From contig JAYPDM010000007.1 in the NCBI GenBank assembly GCA_038125265.1, positions 1 through 53,593 on the forward strand: DNA of 53,593 nt, given 5' to 3'. Source of the DNA: Gammaproteobacteria bacterium. Lineage in GTDB: Bacteria; Pseudomonadota; Gammaproteobacteria; Steroidobacterales; Rariloculaceae. Below the pieces are notes generated by a model, which had not been told where the DNA came from, did not search any database, and saw only the letters and a program-made list of their open reading frames with translations. The stretch's first letter is position 1. Every line of letters starts with the position of its first letter. This document shows positions 41,449 through 48,288 of this stretch, piece by piece. The translations under genes were made by a program, and so were the position numbers.

Positions 41449-42002
41449 TGAAACACCAAACCAATCTAGCCGCGTATCACATAAAAAAGGACAGAATTAT
41501 TGCCTACCCCACTGAGGGTGTATTTGGACTTGGCTGCAAACCAAGCTCGATCTCTGCAGTAAAAAAAATATTAAGCATTAAGCAAAGAGCATCGAACAAA
41601 GGCTTAATCCTAATTAGCGATCAAATTGAAAAGTTTTATGGTTATATTGATGAAGCCCTGGATCTGAATGATCTTATGCGTTTTACAAATTGGCCTGGCC
41701 CTTATACCCTCATTGTAAAGTCAGGACCCAAGGCACACCCCTTGATTACAGGGGGAAGGGATAAAATTGCCATTAGGGTGACAGATCACCCTGTTGCATC
41801 AGGCATTTGTCATTTATTAAATTTTCCTATCGTATCAACCAGCGCTAATATCTCGAACCGTCCATCTGCGACCGATGCGTTACAAGTTCGAAGAATTTTT
41901 AAAAAAAATATTGATTACATAGTCGGAAAAAAAGTCGGTAAACTGGGTCATGCAACCGCGATTTATGATTACGAGACAAAAAAAATTATAAGAAATGGCT
42001 AA
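41448..42002 (+). CDS. tsaC: L-threonylcarbamoyladenylate synthase (YrdC/TsaC type)
   Basis: GTG start sharing 1 nt with the topA TAG. Contains the YPTEGVFGLGC and STSANISNRP blocks. Confidence 0.85.
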   Translation: MKHQTNLAAYHIKKDRIIAYPTEGVFGLGCKPSSISAVKKILSIKQRASNKGLILISDQIEKFYGYIDEALDLNDLMRFTNWPGPYTLIVKSGPKAHPLITGGRDKIAIRVTDHPVASGICHLLNFPIVSTSANISNRPSATDALQVRRIFKKNIDYIVGKKVGKLGHATAIYDYETKKIIRNG

Positions 42003-42813
42003 TGCAAAAAAATATGGTGTCATTGGATCTCCCATTGAACATAGCTTATCGCCGCTCATTCATAAGGCGTTTGCCAAAGAATTTAATCTAGAGATCAGTT
42101 ACGAAAAGATTCATGCGCCCCAAAATGCCTTTGCAGAAATAGTCTCTAAGTTTTTTAATCATAACGGTCAGGGGCTTAATGTAACTTTGCCACATAAGTT
42201 TAATGCTTTTGAATTTTGTGACAGGCACACCCCAATGGCAGCAAGACTTAATTGTGTTAACACCATCAAAATCGATGAGGATCAAAGGCTGGTCGGTCAT
42301 AATACGGATGCTCTGGGATTAATTTATGACCTTGAAATTAATCACTCAATAAATATTGAGGATAAATCTATTTTGATTATAGGTGCTGGCGGTGCGGCAT
42401 CTGGAATTCTTCTTCCCCTCTTTGAAAAGAAACCATGCTCTCTTACCCTTACTAATCGAACGATGGATAATGCACTAAAGCTCATCAACCTCTTTGGCTT
42501 AAAAAATCAAATCAATTGTTTAGCTGCTGATGAATTGCATGCTCCTTTTGATTTAATCATAAATACATCTTCAGCAGGATTGAGTAATGAAACATTCAAT
42601 ATACCCAGGGAAATTATCACAAAAAATACTGTCTGCTATGATCTGAATTACGACTTAAAATCACTAAGCTTTCTTGACTTTGCGAGAGAGCAAAATGCCT
42701 TTGATTGTATTGACGGGTGGGGAATGTTAGTTGAACAAGCTGCTTATTCTTTTGAGTGGTGGCATGGCACACGGCCAGACACGTCAAACGTTAAACATCT
42801 AAAACCATCATGA
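41995..42813 (+). CDS. aroE: shikimate dehydrogenase
   Basis: GVIGSPIEHSLSPLIH N-terminus, NVTLPHK block, and GAGGAASG Rossmann loop. Confidence 0.85.
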   Translation: MANAKKYGVIGSPIEHSLSPLIHKAFAKEFNLEISYEKIHAPQNAFAEIVSKFFNHNGQGLNVTLPHKFNAFEFCDRHTPMAARLNCVNTIKIDEDQRLVGHNTDALGLIYDLEINHSINIEDKSILIIGAGGAASGILLPLFEKKPCSLTLTNRTMDNALKLINLFGLKNQINCLAADELHAPFDLIINTSSAGLSNETFNIPREIITKNTVCYDLNYDLKSLSFLDFAREQNAFDCIDGWGMLVEQAAYSFEWWHGTRPDTSNVKHLKPS

Positions 42814-43565
42814 GAATTGTCTCTTGGAATGTAAATAGCATTAGAGTTCGACTTGAACAAGTTTTGGAGTGGATCGAGCTTAATGCTCCCGATGTGTTAG
42901 GCCTCCAGGAAATTAAATGCATCAATGATGACTTTCCCGTTAATGAGTTCGAACGCCTCGGCTACTATTGTTATGTCAATGGCCAAAAAACCTATAACGG
43001 TGTAGCGCTGCTCTCAAAAAAACCCATCGACTTTGTGTTTATGGATTTAGAAAAATTTGAAGACGACCAAAAAAGAGTAATCGCGGGCATGATTGATGAT
43101 CATATTATCTGGAATATTTATGTCCCCAATGGAAACTCCGTTGGGAGCGATAAATATCAATATAAATTAGCGTGGCTAGAAGCCTTAAAAGAAAATATCA
43201 GTGCTTCGCTTAATAAAACTACGAAGCAAGTCGTAATGGGTGATTTTAATATAGCTCCGGAGGATGCTGATGTTCATGACCCCGAAGCATGGAAAGATAA
43301 AATTTTATGCAGTCAGCCTGAGCGAGAGGCATTAAAAGAGCTATACAGTCTTGGATTCAATGATAGCTTTCGCTTCATGCATCCTGAGCTTGTTCAGTAC
43401 AGCTGGTGGGATTACCGAGCAGCGGGATACCGAAGAAACCTTGGCCTTAGAATCGATCTTGTGCTCTGCACAGATCAAATTAAACTAAAAAAAGCTCTCA
43501 TTGATGAGGCCCCAAGAAAACTTGAGAGACCCTCAGATCATGCGCCTGTTTTAATTGAGTTTTGA
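42810..43565 (+). CDS. xth: exodeoxyribonuclease III (paralog 2)
   Basis: 251 aa with blocks SWNVNSIR, GLQEIK, GDFNIAP, RIDLVL and SDHAPV. ATGA overlap with aroE. Confidence 0.85.
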   Translation: MRIVSWNVNSIRVRLEQVLEWIELNAPDVLGLQEIKCINDDFPVNEFERLGYYCYVNGQKTYNGVALLSKKPIDFVFMDLEKFEDDQKRVIAGMIDDHIIWNIYVPNGNSVGSDKYQYKLAWLEALKENISASLNKTTKQVVMGDFNIAPEDADVHDPEAWKDKILCSQPEREALKELYSLGFNDSFRFMHPELVQYSWWDYRAAGYRRNLGLRIDLVLCTDQIKLKKALIDEAPRKLERPSDHAPVLIEF

Positions 43566-43566
43566 T

Positions 43567-44259
43567 ATGGATAAAGTTTTTGCCTACTTTTTAAATTGTC
43601 TTACTAAGAACTACCGAAATTTTGAGGGGTGTGCTTCAAGGGCAGAATACTGGTCTTACTTATTTATTTGGTTATTGATTGCCATCCCAGTTTTTTTAGT
43701 GAGCAAACCTCTTTATATCATCTGGGAATTAGCAACCTTCTTTCCTGGGCTGTCTGTAGGTGTGAGGCGAATGCATGACGTTAATCAAAGCGGTTGGATG
43801 CTGCTCTTATGCCTAGTCCCTGTCATAGGTTGGCTCATCGTTCTCGTCTTTCTTTTGCTTCCTTCCTCTAAAAATAAGTACAATACAATCATGGAGAAAC
43901 ATATCAATGTTGTGGGTGAAGTGGTTCATAGGCCCTGGGGATCTTACCAGTCACTTGAGGAATCCCCTGGCTTTCAGGTAAAAAAAATTATTGTAAAGCC
44001 AGGGCAAAAACTTAGCCTCCAATATCATCATCAAAGAGCAGAGCATTGGGTTATCGTGGCTGGCATTGCTGATGTCCAAATTCACGAGGAGATACATCGG
44101 GGGAAAGTAGGTGACACCTTTTTTATACCCCTCGAGGCGAAACATCGTCTTTCAAATCCTGGTGACAGTGACCTTACCATCATCGAGGTCCAACAAGGGG
44201 AATACTTGGGCGAAGATGATATCGTTCGCCTTGAAGATAATTACGGTAGAGCTGATTAA
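43567..44259 (+). CDS. DUF805 membrane domain fused to a type II phosphomannose-isomerase-like cupin domain
   Basis: The N-terminal ~105 aa match the DUF805 pattern (FEGCASRAEYWSYLFIWLL...GVRRMHDVNQSGWMLLL). The C-terminal ~120 aa match the ManC-type cupin (HRPWGSYQSL...LSLQYHHQRAEHWVIV...IEVQQGEYLGEDDIVRLEDNYGR). There is no stop between the two parts. Confidence 0.65.
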   Translation: MDKVFAYFLNCLTKNYRNFEGCASRAEYWSYLFIWLLIAIPVFLVSKPLYIIWELATFFPGLSVGVRRMHDVNQSGWMLLLCLVPVIGWLIVLVFLLLPSSKNKYNTIMEKHINVVGEVVHRPWGSYQSLEESPGFQVKKIIVKPGQKLSLQYHHQRAEHWVIVAGIADVQIHEEIHRGKVGDTFFIPLEAKHRLSNPGDSDLTIIEVQQGEYLGEDDIVRLEDNYGRAD

Positions 44260-45014
44260 CTAATCAGTGCTGCGATACAAGCTACGATTGTCATATAAAA
44301 TAAAAATGTCTTGATGCTACTTGGCGAGGCCTTGACTGCCAGCTTAACGCCAATTTGTGCACCGATTATATATCCAACAGACAGCACAAGACCAATGAGC
44401 CAATTAATTAAGTCATACCAGATAAAAACAGCCAAAGACATAAATGTGAACCCAAGCATGCATAAGTGCTTCAATGCATTAGTTTTTAAGATGTCGTATC
44501 TAAGGTTGCCCGCAATAGCACCGATGAGCAAAAAACCTACCCCCGCCTGAACGAGCCCCCCATAAAATCCAACAAAAAAGAGGACTGGCCAAGCCAATGG
44601 AGTATTTCGCATCTTCTTTATGGGCGTTCCTTCCGGAGGTACGACAGTTTGTGGCTTAAAGTAAGTGATACAGGCCATTAAAATCATAGCCCCCAGAATG
44701 ACAAATTTTACATACTGAGTATTAATATTCGCTATTGCAGAGGCACCAGCGAGGCCACCTATGATAATGGGGATAAGTATGAGCCCCAAATCGCTGGTAT
44801 CAAACTTTCCGTAGTGCTTAAATCCTGCCAGAGCTGAACTTGATTGTGCAATGATGCCGACACGATTCGTTGCATTAGCAATCTCTGCGGGTAACCCAAA
44901 CAATATAAGTGCTGGAACCACTAAATTAGAGCCTGCACCCGCAATCGTGTTAATAGCACCTGCGATGAGTGCTAAAAATGCAATTCCAAACATTGACAGC
45001 AAATTAAAATCCAT
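44256..45014 (-). CDS. TauE/SafE-family (DUF81) anion exporter
   Basis: 252 aa, about 8 TM segments, and Gly-rich helices typical of TauE/SafE. The start codon shares 1 nt with the upstream stop (TAATG). Confidence 0.7.
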   Translation of the reverse strand: MDFNLLSMFGIAFLALIAGAINTIAGAGSNLVVPALILFGLPAEIANATNRVGIIAQSSSALAGFKHYGKFDTSDLGLILIPIIIGGLAGASAIANINTQYVKFVILGAMILMACITYFKPQTVVPPEGTPIKKMRNTPLAWPVLFFVGFYGGLVQAGVGFLLIGAIAGNLRYDILKTNALKHLCMLGFTFMSLAVFIWYDLINWLIGLVLSVGYIIGAQIGVKLAVKASPSSIKTFLFYMTIVACIAALIS

Positions 45015-45406
45015 TACGTCTCACACTCACTTTGTCTTAAAAGCTCAGACCTTCGCATGGGCATAGCATCAATTCGATCAAAAAGCCTGTCAAGAATACT
45101 GGTATCCTGAGAGTAATCCTTGATACCGCCATCAAGACCAATCAGCCAAATCCCCTCCTCATCTAATGGCCAAGCATTTAAGTTTTCATGCATGCCATTA
45201 ATATACTCAACTACCAGTATTCTGCGCTCTCTCATCTCACAAGCAAAATCTAAATTAAAAGCAACGATATCATGCATCATGTCACCTCTCTGTCCGTCAT
45301 GGTTAATGACCAACAATCGGTATTGCCACTTAAAGTCCTCGAGATTTTGAGCCTTAACCCATAAAGGACTCAGCATTAATAGAATCAATAAAAGCCTATA
45401 CCTCAT
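45014..45406 (-). CDS. secreted DUF4174-like protein
   Basis: Signal peptide MRYRLLLILLMLSPLWVKAQ from ATG 45406; the ORF-track start at 45478 is probably an extension. The FKWQYRLLVI...ERRILVV pattern resembles DUF4174. Confidence 0.5.
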   Translation of the reverse strand: MRYRLLLILLMLSPLWVKAQNLEDFKWQYRLLVINHDGQRGDMMHDIVAFNLDFACEMRERRILVVEYINGMHENLNAWPLDEEGIWLIGLDGGIKDYSQDTSILDRLFDRIDAMPMRRSELLRQSECET

Positions 45407-45857
45407 AATGCATTTCGATATGATCAATATTATCCTCAAGATAAATCTCACCCACAGCGATGAACCCAAGGTTCTCATAGAAGCCCTTCAATCGAAACTG
45501 AGCCGATATAATAATTTTTTTTGCCTTGAATTGTTTCAAGGCATAGTCCATCGACTCCCTCATTAACGCTACTCCCAAGCCCTTAGATCGGTGACTGATC
45601 GGAACAACCACCCTACCGATGGAGGGATGCTCGTATTTGACCTTTTCGGGAAATGCTCTGAGGTAGCCAACCAGATCATTCCCCTCAAAACAAAGTAAAT
45701 GCATGGCTGACTGATCTGTATTGTCGGCATCTATGTATGGGCAGTCTTGCTCTAAAATAAAGACCTCCTGCCTCAGTCTTAAAAGTTGATAGAGCTCCTC
45801 CTTGCTGAGCTCATTAAAACTTTTCCAGTGGACTTGATACCCTTTAATCATCATCAA
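45396..45857 (-). CDS. elaA: ElaA-like GNAT N-acetyltransferase
   Basis: It aligns by eye to E. coli ElaA throughout (ELYQLLRLRQEVFILEQDCPYIDADNTD...IGRVVV...GFYENLGF). Confidence 0.75.
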   Translation of the reverse strand: MMMIKGYQVHWKSFNELSKEELYQLLRLRQEVFILEQDCPYIDADNTDQSAMHLLCFEGNDLVGYLRAFPEKVKYEHPSIGRVVVPISHRSKGLGVALMRESMDYALKQFKAKKIIISAQFRLKGFYENLGFIAVGEIYLEDNIDHIEMHYEV

Positions 45858-45865
45858 ACCTTATA

Positions 45866-46477
45866 TTAACCATCATGATCCAACCACAGGTACCAACTGG
45901 CAACTGACCTGTAGGGTCGCCATTTATGTGTAATCTTATCAATTTCTTTGATCGAGAGCGTTTTATTCTTATAAAGCTTTTTTACGGATTGGATTAAACC
46001 ATAATCGGTATTGGAAAATACATCGAGACGATGCAATCCAAACATCAAGAACATCTCTGCAGTCCATGGACCAATGCCCTTGAGTCTTGTGAGATTCTCC
46101 ATCACCTCGTCATCACTCTGTTTAGAAAATTGGTTCATCTTAATTTCTTGGTCACGCATCGCCACAACAATCCCTTTTAGGTATGTTATCTTCTGTCCCG
46201 AGAGCCCCTCTCTTTTATCGGGATGATTTTCAAGTCCTAATATCTTTTCTTCCAAGGCCTTTAGGGTTTTAGTGTTCTTTTTAAAATTATTCCAAATTTT
46301 TTGAGCAGCACTGTTAGATACCTGTTGGCCAATGATGATCTCAACAAGACAGCTCAATAATCGATATTGTGAAATCTTTGGCTCCTCAAAGAATGGACAA
46401 CTCACACCCGCTTTTAATACCTTCGCTAACTTTGGATCCTGCTCCAATAGATAGGCTTTGACCTCGGCTTCTTTCAT
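45866..46477 (-). CDS. HhH-GPD DNA glycosylase (3-methyladenine glycosylase II / AlkA-like)
   Basis: Helix-hairpin-helix block LKGIGPWTAEMFLMF followed by the catalytic Asp region (FSNTDYGL). At 203 aa it is a short AlkA/Mag-type enzyme. Confidence 0.7.
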   Translation of the reverse strand: MKEAEVKAYLLEQDPKLAKVLKAGVSCPFFEEPKISQYRLLSCLVEIIIGQQVSNSAAQKIWNNFKKNTKTLKALEEKILGLENHPDKREGLSGQKITYLKGIVVAMRDQEIKMNQFSKQSDDEVMENLTRLKGIGPWTAEMFLMFGLHRLDVFSNTDYGLIQSVKKLYKNKTLSIKEIDKITHKWRPYRSVASWYLWLDHDG

Positions 46478-46491
46478 AGCCCATCATATTA

Positions 46492-47742
46492 CTATGAAAC
46501 CGTGGGCAGCTCCTCCCAGCATGTTGTATATCTCTGTGATACTTGCTGTTGATTTCTTGGATAGCTAAAGGTGCCATGCTGTGAGGCGAAAAAAAGTCGA
46601 GCTCCCTTTTGGTTCATCTGATCGATTGACTGCATAAGCTTGGATGCATGCGTATCTTGGGCTAAGAACAGGTCCCCCTGTACGCTCGAGGCCAAGGTAC
46701 AGTCATCCAGGATGACACCTAACTTGCTGTACCGATAGCCCTTACGAAATATTTTATTGAGCATGCCATTGGCTGTTCTTAGCATGAGCCTTGAGTCATT
46801 CGTTGGAACAGGAAAGGTCTGCTGATCGGTAATGCATGCCTGTCTGTGATTCGAAAAACGATTAGTCCTGATAAAGATACTCATGCGCTGGCAGTGCTGA
46901 TATTCGGATCTAAGCTTTTCAGCGGCGCGCGCGACAAAATTACTCAGCGGCATTCTTGCATCCTCGACTCTTGTAATCGGTGATCTAAGGCTCCTGCTGA
47001 CAATAATTTGCTTTCTGGGTGAGAGTGACTCCTCAAGCCCAATACACGACTCGCCATTAAGCTCCCGAATCATGCGCTCAATGACCACGCTAAAACGCTT
47101 TCGCATGGTTGCAATATTGCTGTTCGCTAATGCATAAGCATTATCAATGCCCATGCCATGCAGATGACGACTCATGCGGCTTCCTATGCCCCAGATCTCT
47201 CTAATAGGCGTCGACCTAAGCATATCGATCCTATTATGGCTATCAATAATCATGACCTTTGACTGTATGCCTCGCCTTTTGATTTGATAGGCCGCAACCT
47301 TAGCAAGTGTCTTGGTAGGACCGATGGCTATCCTTACCGGTATGCCCACCCATTGTTTTGTCACACTTCTTATGTAGCAACCAAATTCATAAAGATCGTA
47401 ATGAGAGGCGAGGTCGGTCATATCTAAAAAAGCCTCATCGATGCTGTAGCATTCCATTTTCGGACAAAGCGATCTGAGGATGCTCATCACTCTGTTCGAC
47501 ATATCACCATAAAAAGCATAGTTTGAGGAAAAAACAATGCCCCCTTTTTTCAAATAGTCTTCTCTAATCTTGAACCAAGGAATGCCCATAGCCACGCCGA
47601 GTTGCTTGGCTTCGATGCTCCTTGCAATCACGCAGCCATCATTATTAGATAGAACAACAACCGGCTTACCCTTAAGGTCAGGCCTAAATACCGTCTCACA
47701 AGAAGCATAAAAGCTCTCACAGTCGACAAGCGCAATGGTCAT
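46492..47742 (-). CDS. umuC: Y-family translesion DNA polymerase V catalytic subunit
   Basis: N-terminus MTIALVDCESFYASCE, SIDEAFLD block, 416 aa. ATGA-type 4-nt overlap with umuD. Confidence 0.85.
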   Translation of the reverse strand: MTIALVDCESFYASCETVFRPDLKGKPVVVLSNNDGCVIARSIEAKQLGVAMGIPWFKIREDYLKKGGIVFSSNYAFYGDMSNRVMSILRSLCPKMECYSIDEAFLDMTDLASHYDLYEFGCYIRSVTKQWVGIPVRIAIGPTKTLAKVAAYQIKRRGIQSKVMIIDSHNRIDMLRSTPIREIWGIGSRMSRHLHGMGIDNAYALANSNIATMRKRFSVVIERMIRELNGESCIGLEESLSPRKQIIVSRSLRSPITRVEDARMPLSNFVARAAEKLRSEYQHCQRMSIFIRTNRFSNHRQACITDQQTFPVPTNDSRLMLRTANGMLNKIFRKGYRYSKLGVILDDCTLASSVQGDLFLAQDTHASKLMQSIDQMNQKGARLFFASQHGTFSYPRNQQQVSQRYTTCWEELPTVS

Positions 47743-48122
47743 TTAAACTGATTAATGACAGCGGTGACCTTGCCCATCAGCTCAACATCGGCACAATCAC
47801 TGATCATAATCGGTGGGTAATCAGGGTGCTCTGACTGTAATGCCGCCTGGGGTCTGAGCAGCAGTCGCTTGCATACAATATCGCCATCAATCGAGGCGAT
47901 CACAATATCACCGTGTATCGGGGTCATGCTTCGATCAACAACCAGTACCGCGCCATCGGCAATGCAGGCACCGATCATAGAAACGCCTTTAGCGCGCAGT
48001 AGAAAAGTGGCGGTACGGTTTTTTATGAGATGCTCGTTCAGGTCGATCGGATTCTCCATATAATCACTCGCTGGACTAGGAAATCCAACATAAGCCGGAC
48101 CCAAATAGAAAGGCAACAACAT
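47739..48122 (-). CDS. umuD: UmuD-like S24 self-cleaving protein
   Basis: GFPSPASDY...GVSMIGACIADGAVLVVD...VCKRL aligns to E. coli UmuD, including the Ser/Lys dyad. Confidence 0.85.
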   Translation of the reverse strand: MLLPFYLGPAYVGFPSPASDYMENPIDLNEHLIKNRTATFLLRAKGVSMIGACIADGAVLVVDRSMTPIHGDIVIASIDGDIVCKRLLLRPQAALQSEHPDYPPIMISDCADVELMGKVTAVINQFK

Positions 48123-48156
48123 AAAGCAGTCTCAAAGTTAAAAGAAAATTAAGAAG

Positions 48157-48176
48157 TACTGTAAATATATACAGTA
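48157..48176. promoter_or_regulatory. LexA (SOS) box upstream of umuD
   Basis: TACTGTAAATATATACAGTA matches the gammaproteobacterial consensus TACTGTATATATATACAGTA at 19 of 20 positions. It lies 35 nt upstream of the umuD ATG. Confidence 0.85.
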
Positions 48177-48288
48177 TTTTTTATATTATGGGATGATCCT
48201 TAAGGTGTAAAGCAATTTTATGAAAAGCTGTCCATTTTATGGGTTTTAGCGTTAAAATCAGAGGTTCAACAATTTAGTAGGGGGAAGA

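Noticed and set aside
48215-48241. A direct repeat ATTTTATG-N11-ATTTTATG upstream of the TonB-dependent receptor, considered together with a search for a Fur box.
   Set aside because: An 8-mer repeated once in AT-rich DNA is not significant. I could not find a convincing match to the Fur consensus GATAATGATAATCATTATC.
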